A DNA stretch of 43,195 nt from positions 1-43,195 of the IMG/VR virus record IMGVR_UViG_3300023053_000005; one strand, written 5' to 3'. This DNA is from a virus. Taxonomy: Duplodnaviria > Caudoviricetes. The translations under genes and the position numbers were made by a program. A model generated the notes under the pieces. It was not told where the DNA came from and did not search any database. It saw nothing but the letters and a program-made list of their open reading frames with translations. Within the stretch, counting starts at the first letter, position 1. Each line of letters begins with the position of its first letter. Positions 6,801 through 14,569 of this stretch are shown here, in pieces.

Positions 6801-7058
6801 TTAGAGGTTGCGGAAGATCAGCCAGATGAAGAAGGCCGCCCCGGCGGCCATTGTGGCGATATCGCTATGTGATGCGCGCTCGCCCAGCACGGCAGAGACA
6901 ACGCAGGTGATGAAGCAAACGGCCATTCCCACGCAGAACAGGATCCCGGCCTGGGCCCAATCGAAAAGCAGGAAGGTTCCGCCGGAAAATGCGATCAGCA
7001 TCAGTCCGCAAGTGAACAAGGCGCCGGTTGCGGAGTCTCGGGTAATAACGCTGGTCAT
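6801..7058 (-). CDS. Small integral membrane protein co-transcribed with cI
   Basis: 85 aa with about three hydrophobic segments; lies between cI and its terminator. Confidence 0.7.
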   Translation of the reverse strand: MTSVITRDSATGALFTCGLMLIAFSGGTFLLFDWAQAGILFCVGMAVCFITCVVSAVLGERASHSDIATMAAGAAFFIWLIFRNL

Positions 7059-7071
7059 GGCTGGCACCTGC

Positions 7072-7704
7072 TCATAGGCCGGTCATCTTGGTATCGATCA
7101 CGCGACCGATGAACTTGCAGTCGCCTTCGATCTGAATGGTGCGGTAGTTCGGATTCAGCGGGCGCAGGTACTTCATGCCCGCGTCTTCGATGTACTGCTT
7201 GAAGGTGCTTTCGCCGCTCTCAAGCTTTACCACGTAGTACTTGCCGCTGATCACGTCAGCCTCTGGCTGCACCAGAATACGCGAACCCTCGGGAAAGCTA
7301 GGGTTTCCGTTGCAGGTCATCGAGTCGCCGCGCACGTCCAGCCAAAAGCCGTTCTCGCCGGCGTTCTCGGTAGAGGCAATCCACTCGTCTGCATCGCCTG
7401 GGTGGAAGTTGTCAGCAGACTCTGCCCACTCCCCAGCAATAACCCAACTGATCAACGGATAATCCTTAGGCACCCGGCTTGGTTGCAGGGCCATCTGCAC
7501 ATTCGACAACCCAGGGTCTTTTGCCTGGGACAGTTCAATTCCTAGAACCTTCATGATTCGCCCCAGCAGCTCTTTGCTGGCGAATTGCTTGCCGCGCTCG
7601 AGTCGTGAAAGGTTGCCAGCGTCAGTTTCGACCTGGTGTGCGAGTTCGTCGAGCGTCCAGCCTTTGGCCTTTCGCTCTTTTCTGATGATCTGACCTATAT
7701 CCAT
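7072..7704 (-). CDS. cI: CI-like repressor (HTH plus S24 autoprotease)
   Basis: N-terminal XRE HTH; ISWVIAG cleavage site, VRGDSM catalytic Ser, TFKQY catalytic Lys. Confidence 0.95.
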   Translation of the reverse strand: MDIGQIIRKERKAKGWTLDELAHQVETDAGNLSRLERGKQFASKELLGRIMKVLGIELSQAKDPGLSNVQMALQPSRVPKDYPLISWVIAGEWAESADNFHPGDADEWIASTENAGENGFWLDVRGDSMTCNGNPSFPEGSRILVQPEADVISGKYYVVKLESGESTFKQYIEDAGMKYLRPLNPNYRTIQIEGDCKFIGRVIDTKMTGL

Positions 7705-7789
7705 TCCGCAATTCTCGATAGCTGTTGCGTTCTGCGCAAAGCGCTACGCGCAAATTTGACTTGCACTTAATTTGCGCAATGCGCAAAAT
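7705..7789. promoter_or_regulatory. OR operators with divergent pRM/pR
   Basis: TTGCGTTCTGCGCAAA (7725), AAGCGCTACGCGCAAA (7739), TTGCGCAATGCGCAAA (7772) share the OL consensus; pRM TTGCGC-N17-GAGAAT; pR candidate TTGCAC-N17-CAAAAT. Confidence 0.78.
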
Positions 7790-7819
7790 CAACTCGTCTT
7801 CCACTCAAGGCGACTTGCC

Positions 7820-8059
7820 ATGACCCCCCTAAAACGTGCCCGACTCGCAAAGAAATGGACGCTGGCCGATGTTTCGGCCCGTCTTGCGCAGCTCGGTGAT
7901 GCCGTCGATTCCGGCAACCTGTCCCGCGTCGAGCGCGGTGTTCAGCGTTCTTCTGCAGCTCTTGCAGAGAACCTGAGCAAGGTTTTCGGCGGCGAAATCA
8001 CCGAGATCCACATCCTCTACCCGGAGCGGTTCCCCGCGTCCGGAGATGAGGCGGCGTAA
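7820..8059 (+). CDS. cro: Cro-like HTH regulator
   Basis: Divergent from cI; recognition helix DSGNLSRVERG nearly matches the CI helix DAGNLSRLERG. Confidence 0.9.
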   Translation: MTPLKRARLAKKWTLADVSARLAQLGDAVDSGNLSRVERGVQRSSAALAENLSKVFGGEITEIHILYPERFPASGDEAA

Positions 8060-8061
8060 TC

Positions 8062-8367
8062 ATGTCCAGCCCATTGAACCAAGAGCAGACCGTAAGGGCC
8101 CGCAAGAACTATTCAGTTCTCATGCAGGCCCTTGCATCTGTCGGCAACGCGCCGGTGGCGCTTGCAGTCGGTTGCGACGAGGCGACGATCAGCCGCATGA
8201 AGCCAGAGAAATTCGAGCAGTTCTGCCAGATCCTGGCCGTGCTGGGGCTCAAGGTCGTACCCACGGCCATGCAGTGTTTCGACAAGCGGGACATTGAAAC
8301 CCTTCTGCACCAGGCCAAGCGGTACATGGAGCTGATCCAGAACGTCGACCAGTTGCAGGAGGAATAG
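8062..8367 (+). CDS. cII: CII-like transcription activator
   Basis: Position after cro; VALAVGCDEATISRMK HTH and LAVLGLKVVP typical of the lambda CII family. Confidence 0.8.
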   Translation: MSSPLNQEQTVRARKNYSVLMQALASVGNAPVALAVGCDEATISRMKPEKFEQFCQILAVLGLKVVPTAMQCFDKRDIETLLHQAKRYMELIQNVDQLQEE

Positions 8368-8369
8368 CC

Positions 8370-9173
8370 ATGGCAGCCCTCCCGTACATGCAGCTCTACG
8401 TTGCCGACTACCTCGCTGACACCATGCACCTCACCACCGAGGAGCACGGTGCGTACCTGTTGCTGATCTTCAACTACTGGCAGACCGGAAAGCCCATTCC
8501 AGTGTCCCGACTGGCCCGAATTACAAGGCTTTCCAACGAGCGTTGGACGGACGTTGAACGGTCGTTAAGCGAGTTCTTCAACGAGCGTAGTAACGAGTGG
8601 GTTCACGACCGGATTGAACGTGATTTGGATGCTGTTCGCGCAACGCAAGAACAGCGAATTGCCGCCGGAAAGGCGTCCGCCGAGGCTCGCAAGCAGGCTG
8701 CAAAGACAAGCAAATCAAGGTCTCGCAACGACCGTTCAACGACCGTTGAGCAAGCGTCCAACGGGAACTCAACGAATATAGAAGAGAAGAGAAGAGATAC
8801 AGAAGAAACAACACACATACCGCGCACGAACGATTCGCCGCCGGCCGTGATCGAGGATCACACCGCGCGAGCAAGGTTCGCTATCACGGACGAATGGGAA
8901 CCGAACCCCAAATCGTTCACCGCGGTGCTGCACCGCAACGGCATGGCCGGCCAGACCTTCCACGCCGACCAACTTCTCGAATTCCGCTCGTACTGGATCA
9001 GCCGCCCCGATGACCTGAAAACCCAGGCCCAGTGGGAACACGCGCTCGCCCAGCAACTGAAACGCCAAGCCCGCACCCAACAAGCACAGGGGTTATCCCA
9101 TGAAGCCGGTGGACGAATTGCTCCAAAACGCACGCGCAACGCTCACGACATCCTCACCGACCCAAATTGGTGA
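8370..9173 (+). CDS. Replication initiator (O-like; DUF1376/YdaU N-terminus, DnaT-like C-terminal domain)
   Basis: LPYMQLYVADYLADTMHLTTEEHGAYLLL; WEP...LLEFRSYW...QWEHAL; contains iterons. Confidence 0.85.
   Translation: MAALPYMQLYVADYLADTMHLTTEEHGAYLLLIFNYWQTGKPIPVSRLARITRLSNERWTDVERSLSEFFNERSNEWVHDRIERDLDAVRATQEQRIAAGKASAEARKQAAKTSKSRSRNDRSTTVEQASNGNSTNIEEKRRDTEETTHIPRTNDSPPAVIEDHTARARFAITDEWEPNPKSFTAVLHRNGMAGQTFHADQLLEFRSYWISRPDDLKTQAQWEHALAQQLKRQARTQQAQGLSHEAGGRIAPKRTRNAHDILTDPNW
8535..8812 (+). promoter_or_regulatory. Putative replication origin: AACGNNCGTT iterons plus purine/A-rich tract
   Basis: Copies at 8535, 8546, 8557, 8580 and 8727, 8738, 8749, 8760, 8771 in 11-bp register, followed by AGAAGAGAAGAGAAGAGA. 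Confidence 0.7.
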
Positions 9174-9819
9174 ACCGGTACCGGAGAACGTCACTCAGCT
9201 GGAGCACCAGGTGCGCAGCGCTGTGCGCCGAGTCTTCGCAACGCTGAAGACCGCCTACCCGGCGTGGTACGAGAAACACTACGGCGACGAGAAGGCGGAA
9301 CAGCTCGCCCGTCGCGTGTGGATGTCCGTGATCCAGGAGCTGGGAGACGAGGCCGTCAACCGTGGGCTGCATCGCATGGTGCAGGAATGCAAGTTCCCAC
9401 CTTCGCCGAGCGACTTCCTCGACCTGTGCAAGCAAGTCAACGATCTGCCAAGCACCCAGCAAGCGTGGGATGAAGCCCTGCGCGGCACCTACAGCCACAA
9501 GGCCGTCAAAGTCGCCGCCGAAGCCACCAGCACTTTCGATCTGCGAACCGCGACCCACGGCGACAAGGCCCTGTTCCAGCGTTTCGAACGCAACTACGCC
9601 ATCGTCATGCGCCGTGCCCAGACCGGCCAGCCGTTGGAAGGACGAATCGCGAAGGGCCTGGTGCACGACAGCATGCGCCCAGCCGTGCAGGTCCAGCTTG
9701 AGCACTCCCGCAACGAGGTCGACCGCATCGTCGACGTCCTCGAAATCCCCAAAGACCCCAAGGCATGCCGCGCGTTGCTGCTGGCCAAAATGGGCATCCG
9801 GAGAAATGACCGTGCGTGA
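9100..9819 (+). CDS. Replication protein P-like helicase loader
   Basis: Follows O-like gene; VRRVFATLKTAYPAW...FPPSPSDFLDLC pattern. Confidence 0.7.
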   Translation: MKPVDELLQNARATLTTSSPTQIGEPVPENVTQLEHQVRSAVRRVFATLKTAYPAWYEKHYGDEKAEQLARRVWMSVIQELGDEAVNRGLHRMVQECKFPPSPSDFLDLCKQVNDLPSTQQAWDEALRGTYSHKAVKVAAEATSTFDLRTATHGDKALFQRFERNYAIVMRRAQTGQPLEGRIAKGLVHDSMRPAVQVQLEHSRNEVDRIVDVLEIPKDPKACRALLLAKMGIRRNDRA

Positions 9820-10060
9820 AGACAACGTCAGGACTTTGCCAGGCGCACCCGTTCCAGGTGTTGAGCCGGTATCTGAAGTGGTTGAGCACCTGAAACTGCG
9901 TCTGGCCGAGGCAGAGCGCGGTGAAATTCGCTCTATTGCCACGACGGCCATCAAGCAGAACGGGAATATTTCCACCGGCTGGCATGCCAACGGCGAATTC
10001 TGGAAATTGCTCGGCGGAGTCGATTGGATGAAACATCGCATGCTGGAAGGGGACGAGTGA
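9806..10060 (+). CDS. Hypothetical protein (84 aa)
   Basis: MTVREDNVRTLPG...; coupled to rusA by TGATG. Confidence 0.6.
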   Translation: MTVREDNVRTLPGAPVPGVEPVSEVVEHLKLRLAEAERGEIRSIATTAIKQNGNISTGWHANGEFWKLLGGVDWMKHRMLEGDE

Positions 10061-10503
10061 TGACCGACCAGAACCCTGTTTCGTTCGTCGTGCCAGGCGA
10101 AGCCGTGGGGAAGGGCAGGCCACGGGTCACCACCATCGGCGGCCACGCGCGCATGTTCACACCGGCCAAGACCGCGAACTACGAAACCCTGATCGCGCTG
10201 GCAGCACAGCAGGCCATGGACGGGCGCGATCTGATCACCGGCCCCGTCATGGTCGAGCTGCGAATCTTCGTCTCGATCGCTCAGTCCTGGTCGAAGAAGA
10301 AACGCGCCGAAGCACTCGCCGGCGAAGTGAAGCCCACCAAGAAACCCGACATCGACAACGTCCTGAAAGCCATCTGCGACGGCATCAACGGCATCGTGTT
10401 CAAGGACGACGTGCAGGTCACCAACGTGTCCATGTCCAAGAAATTCGGCGAAACCCCGGGCGTGATCGTCCGGGTCGTACCGCTTGAGGGGAAGCCATCG
10501 TGA
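10060..10503 (+). CDS. rusA: RusA-family Holliday junction resolvase
   Basis: VGKGRPR and KPDIDNVLKAICDGINGIVFKDDVQV motifs. Confidence 0.92.
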   Translation: MTDQNPVSFVVPGEAVGKGRPRVTTIGGHARMFTPAKTANYETLIALAAQQAMDGRDLITGPVMVELRIFVSIAQSWSKKKRAEALAGEVKPTKKPDIDNVLKAICDGINGIVFKDDVQVTNVSMSKKFGETPGVIVRVVPLEGKPS

Positions 10504-10880
10504 AGCCATGCAACGCGCTACCGATCAACGCCACCGCCGCCAGAGTCATTTCACGCGGTGAACACTTTGAATATCGCGCAATGGCGTCTGAGGTTTGTTC
10601 GGCACTTCCGCTTCCGATGAAGGACAACCCACCAGAGTTGGAAGATTTCACCGGCAAGAAGCTGGGGCGGCTGACCGTCATCGGTCGTTTCGATGGTCCA
10701 AAAAATCGTTGGGTTTGTCGGTGCTCCTGCGGGAATTTTTGTATTCGCTTGGCTAAAACCCTTTCCAAGGCCCCTGCCGATTCGGCTTGCGTGCAGTGCT
10801 ATCTGCTCGCCGTTTCGAAACGCCAAGAGTACTTGCGCCGTACCGGGAAAGAGCGCCACACGCGGGAGTTTCTTGCATGA
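10500..10880 (+). CDS. Cys-rich protein with HNH/AP2-endonuclease-type N-terminal module
   Basis: DFTGKKLGRLTVIG...WVCRCSCG...SACVQC; no catalytic HNH motif seen. Confidence 0.6.
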   Translation: MKPCNALPINATAARVISRGEHFEYRAMASEVCSALPLPMKDNPPELEDFTGKKLGRLTVIGRFDGPKNRWVCRCSCGNFCIRLAKTLSKAPADSACVQCYLLAVSKRQEYLRRTGKERHTREFLA

Positions 10881-10975
10881 ACAAGTACCTCGCCCTGGGC
10901 AGCGTGTCGCTGCTGATCCTGCTTGCAGGGGCTTTCAGGCTGTACCTGCTGGGCTTACCAGCCGTTTGCCACTGA
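10877..10975 (+). CDS. Small membrane peptide (32 aa)
   Basis: MNKYLALGSVSLLILLAGAF...; ATGA overlap. Confidence 0.45.
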   Translation: MNKYLALGSVSLLILLAGAFRLYLLGLPAVCH

Positions 10976-11015
10976 ACCACCGAACTACGCAGAACTACGC
11001 AACAAGGGGAGAACC

Positions 11016-11897
11016 ATGAAACTGATCAGTGCGCGGCAAGCCTGGCGGGAAGCGCTTCACGAAAGCCGTGATTCAGTGCTGGCAGCGGCTCAGGAGCGGA
11101 TCAAGCTGGGGAAAAAGGGCAGGGTGGTCGGGGAGACCATGCCGTCCATGCGTGACAGCAACGGCCGGTGCGCCCACATGCTCGCTGCCGGCCTGGTGCA
11201 ATCGGCCATCGGCACGCTACCCAAGCCGCTGCAGCACTTCGGGCACGCGCTGTACTCACCTGTCGCCAATGGGCAGGACATCAACGTTGCGCACGCGCTG
11301 GTGTGGCTGACGGTGGATCTGGATGGTTACCCGGCCAAACGTCGCGAGGTGGCTTACTGGATGGCTCTGGCGGCGATCAAGAGCCATCAGGCCGCCGTGA
11401 ATGGCCGCGAAGCCTGGGGCCCTGGCCGTGTCGCTGAGTTCGTGCAGGACTGGTACGGCACAAAGTTCGCCGTGGCCAACTGGGCGCGCGACTGGGCGCC
11501 GGTGTGGGCAATCATCGCCCGTGCCGTGGATCAGCTCGACGCGAAGGCGCTGAAGCCAGTGGCGGCGGTCATCGTTCGGATGGCTGAGCGCAAAGTCTTC
11601 GGGAGCTGCCGGTGGGACATCTACGACCGCGAGCATGTCGCCGATCAGCGTGCTGAAGCGTACGCCGCGCGCCGCGGATCTGCCCGCGAGGCGCTGCACA
11701 AACGCCTGAACGCCATGGACGTGGATCAGCTGCGCCGCTGGTTCCGCCGCATGAACAACTACGGCGCCGCGTACCGCCGGGAGTGGGGCAGTGACACGCA
11801 CGAAAACCAGTCGCGCCACCTGCTGTACAGCGACCGGATCTGTGAGTACTGGAACCAGCGGCAGCGCGTAGGAGACGTAGCAAAACGGGTCGCTTGA
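11016..11897 (+). CDS. Putative late-gene regulator / Q-position antiterminator
   Basis: Last early-right gene, followed by promoter-terminator-terminator and then lysis genes; GGAG SD. Confidence 0.6.
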   Translation: MKLISARQAWREALHESRDSVLAAAQERIKLGKKGRVVGETMPSMRDSNGRCAHMLAAGLVQSAIGTLPKPLQHFGHALYSPVANGQDINVAHALVWLTVDLDGYPAKRREVAYWMALAAIKSHQAAVNGREAWGPGRVAEFVQDWYGTKFAVANWARDWAPVWAIIARAVDQLDAKALKPVAAVIVRMAERKVFGSCRWDIYDREHVADQRAEAYAARRGSAREALHKRLNAMDVDQLRRWFRRMNNYGAAYRREWGSDTHENQSRHLLYSDRICEYWNQRQRVGDVAKRVA

Positions 11898-12028
11898 CCA
11901 AATGATGAGTGTTCCGGTACCTTTTCCCCAAGTTGCAAAGTTACGCCCAGCTCCCAGAAACCCGCCAAGTGCGGGTTTTTTGTTGCCTGGAATTCAATCC
12001 TGAGCCTCGCCGTCGTGCGGGGCTTTTT
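11894..12028 (+). promoter_or_regulatory. pR'-like late promoter with two tandem terminators
   Basis: TTGACC-N18-TACCTT; hairpins with T-runs at 11958-11981 and 12003-12028. Confidence 0.6.
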
Positions 12029-12046
12029 CGTTTCTGGGGTACGCAA

Positions 12047-12442
12047 ATGGCAGAGCCAAGCAGCGGTGCAGTGTTGGCCGCTCAGGCGGCTGCGGGTGTG
12101 GCAGGGGTCACCGGTGTTACGGCGGCGAGCATGATGCCCGGCGTTGATGTGAACGCGGTTGTTGGTGCGTTCGCCGGCGCCATGTTCTTCGTGGTGTTCG
12201 CCAAGGATCTGAAGCCACTGGCCCGGTTCGGCTACTTCATCGCGTCCTGGGTGCTGGGCTATTACGTGGCCAGCGAAGTCATCGGCCGCGAATGGGCCAG
12301 GACTTCCGGCCTTGTCGCATTCTTCGGTGCGCTCTTCTGCGTGGCCGTCTGCATCAGTCTTCTGGAGTGGATCGAGGGCGGCAAAATGCCCGGATGGCTG
12401 CAATGGGTCGCCGAGAGATTCGGAGGTAGCCGCAATGGTTGA
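12047..12442 (+). CDS. Putative holin/antiholin
   Basis: Three to four hydrophobic segments; first gene of the lysis cassette. Confidence 0.75.
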   Translation: MAEPSSGAVLAAQAAAGVAGVTGVTAASMMPGVDVNAVVGAFAGAMFFVVFAKDLKPLARFGYFIASWVLGYYVASEVIGREWARTSGLVAFFGALFCVAVCISLLEWIEGGKMPGWLQWVAERFGGSRNG

Positions 12443-12719
12443 CCCATGGACTTTGGCCGCAGCTGCGATCTGTGGCGCGATCTGCTTTCGCATCGCGTTC
12501 TATCAGCGTCATGGCGCCCGCTATCGCGCCGGAGTTTCGTGGTGCGCCTACGCACTGGCGGCCGCAACCGGCTGCGAATGGCTGTCGGTGGTGATGGCCG
12601 TCCTGATGGCCCAGCCGACCACGGCAGTTTCCCCGTTCATCCTGATCGTGCTGCTGGTGCTGCTGGTGCTGGTGTACCGCGCCGGCGGCAACGTCGCCCG
12701 CATCCTGAGAATCGACTGA
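12435..12719 (+). CDS. Phage holin family protein
   Basis: Three TM segments; Y.RHGARYR and C-terminal GNVARIL motifs; directly before the endolysin. Confidence 0.8.
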   Translation: MVDPWTLAAAAICGAICFRIAFYQRHGARYRAGVSWCAYALAAATGCEWLSVVMAVLMAQPTTAVSPFILIVLLVLLVLVYRAGGNVARILRID

Positions 12720-13339
12720 TGAAAATCACACCCTCCCACCTGGTGGCGATCATGCGCTGCCAGGACGCCACTGCACGCCTGTGGGCTGACCCGCTGAACA
12801 ACGCCTGCGATCGGTTCCAAATCGACACACGGCTGCGCCTCGCCGCGTTCCTGGCTCAAGTCGGGCACGAAAGCGGGCGCCTGTCCCGCGTCGTCGAGAA
12901 CCTGAACTACAGCGCCGAGGGCCTGCAAAAGACCTGGCCGAGCATGTTCGACGCCAAGCTGGCGGCGGAGTACGCCCGCAAGCCTGAGCGCATCGCGAAC
13001 GCCGTCTACAACGCCCGCATGGGCAACACCGCACCGGGCGACGGCTGGAAGTTCCGGGGCCGTGGACTGATCCAGATCACCGGGGCGAGCAACTACACCG
13101 CGTGCGGCGCTGCGCTGAAGCTCGATCTGCTCACCCATCCAGAACTGCTGGAGCGGCCGCAGCATGCCGCAATGTCGGCCGCGTGGTTCTGGGACAGCAT
13201 GAACCTCAACGCCTTGGCCGACGCCGGCGACATCCAGAACATCGGCAGCCTGATCAACACCGGCCGTCGCGGACGTGTGCCGCACGGTGCCGAAGAACGC
13301 AAAGCGCTGTACCAGGTCGCGCTGAAGGTGATCGTGTGA
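12719..13339 (+). CDS. Endolysin, glycoside hydrolase family 19
   Basis: AAFLAQVGHESG, ENLNYSA, FRGRGLIQITG..NY, SAAWFW. Confidence 0.93.
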   Translation: MKITPSHLVAIMRCQDATARLWADPLNNACDRFQIDTRLRLAAFLAQVGHESGRLSRVVENLNYSAEGLQKTWPSMFDAKLAAEYARKPERIANAVYNARMGNTAPGDGWKFRGRGLIQITGASNYTACGAALKLDLLTHPELLERPQHAAMSAAWFWDSMNLNALADAGDIQNIGSLINTGRRGRVPHGAEERKALYQVALKVIV

Positions 13340-13785
13340 AGATCCTCGCCGGTGTCTGCGCCGCTCTGTTTTTCGGCTTGCTGCTGGCGCTATGGCGCCT
13401 CGACAACGTCGGCACGAAGCTGTCCACGGCCACCGAGCAGGTCACCACACTGACCAAGGCCGCCGAATCCCGCCGCAACACCCAGCGCCTGCTGGCCCAG
13501 CTCGACACCGAACACACAAAGGCCCTGACCGATGCCCAGACCGCTAACAACCAGCTTCGTACTGCTGTCGCTACTGGCGCTCACCGGCTGTCCGTCAAGG
13601 CCGCCTGTCCCGCAGTGCGAGCCACCGCCGGCGCCGCCCGCGTGGATGATGCAGAAGCGAGAGCCGAACTTGACCCCGCGTCTGCTGAAAGAATTGTCGC
13701 CACCGCCAACGACGGCGACGACGCAATCCGCACCCTGACCGCGCTGCAGGACTACGTCAGCCGAGTCTGCCTGAAAGGAAACTGA
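13336..13785 (+). CDS. Rz: Rz-like inner-membrane spanin
   Basis: N-terminal TM, coiled coil, C-terminal LQDYVSRVC. Confidence 0.88.
   Translation: MKILAGVCAALFFGLLLALWRLDNVGTKLSTATEQVTTLTKAAESRRNTQRLLAQLDTEHTKALTDAQTANNQLRTAVATGAHRLSVKAACPAVRATAGAARVDDAEARAELDPASAERIVATANDGDDAIRTLTALQDYVSRVCLKGN
13532..13738 (+). CDS. Rz1: Rz1-like outer-membrane lipoprotein spanin nested in Rz
   Basis: Lipobox LTGC, Pro-rich mature part, embedded in an alternate frame. Confidence 0.85.
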   Translation: MPRPLTTSFVLLSLLALTGCPSRPPVPQCEPPPAPPAWMMQKREPNLTPRLLKELSPPPTTATTQSAP

Positions 13786-13788
13786 GCC

Positions 13789-14025
13789 ATGCCCCAATTC
13801 AAAGTTCGCACCGAAGCCGATACCCGTGACGTCGATGCCGAGCGCATGGAGTTTTCCGAAGGTGGCGTGCGTTTCTACACGAACGGTCGCGTTGTGGCGG
13901 CCTACTCGCGCTATCTGTGGGCTGAGGAAGTGATCGTGAAGAGCGATCCACCAGCCGTCCCAGTGCCTGGTGCTGATCCAGCGTTCGGCCAGACGACTGA
14001 ACCAGAAGCGGGCGTGACCGAGTAA
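13789..14025 (+). CDS. Hypothetical protein
   Basis: 78-aa ORF filling the gap between Rz and terS. Confidence 0.65.
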   Translation: MPQFKVRTEADTRDVDAERMEFSEGGVRFYTNGRVVAAYSRYLWAEEVIVKSDPPAVPVPGADPAFGQTTEPEAGVTE

Positions 14026-14029
14026 CCCT

Positions 14030-14569
14030 ATGGCCCTGACAGCGAAGCAACAGGCATTCGCCATCGAGTACCTGGTTGACCTCAACGCTACGCAGGCGGC
14101 CATCCGGGCGGGGTACGCGAAGAAGGGCGCCAAGGATCAGGCCTACCAGCTGATGGAGCGGCCAGAGATCGCAGCAGCGATCAAAGCGGGCATGGAAGCC
14201 CGCAACAAGCGCACGCAGATCGACGCTGACTACGTGCTGCACCGGCTGACCGAGATTGATCAGATGGACCTGCTCGACATCCTCGACGACGACATGTCGA
14301 TCAAGCCGCTTTCGAAGTGGCCGAAGGTCTGGCGCCAGTCGCTGTCGGGCTTCGATATCGCCGAGATGTTCGAGGGCGCCGGCAAGGAACGCGATCTGGT
14401 CGGCCTGATGAAGAAGATCAAGTGGCCTGACAAGGTCAAGAACCTGGAGCTGCTTGGCAAACACGTCAACGTCAATGCCTTCCGTGAGCAGTTGGCGGTA
14501 GACGTCAATCTCACCACCTCGCAGCGGATGGCAAAAGCACGTGAACGCCTTGACCGCGCCAGAGGTTGA
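14030..14569 (+). CDS. terS: Terminase small subunit
   Basis: LTAKQQAFAIEYLVDLNATQAAIRAGY; DKVKNLELLGKH. Confidence 0.93.
   Translation: MALTAKQQAFAIEYLVDLNATQAAIRAGYAKKGAKDQAYQLMERPEIAAAIKAGMEARNKRTQIDADYVLHRLTEIDQMDLLDILDDDMSIKPLSKWPKVWRQSLSGFDIAEMFEGAGKERDLVGLMKKIKWPDKVKNLELLGKHVNVNAFREQLAVDVNLTTSQRMAKARERLDRARG

Noticed and set aside
9154-10509. 451-aa minus-strand ORF
   Set aside because: Antisense to the P-like gene and rusA; no motifs
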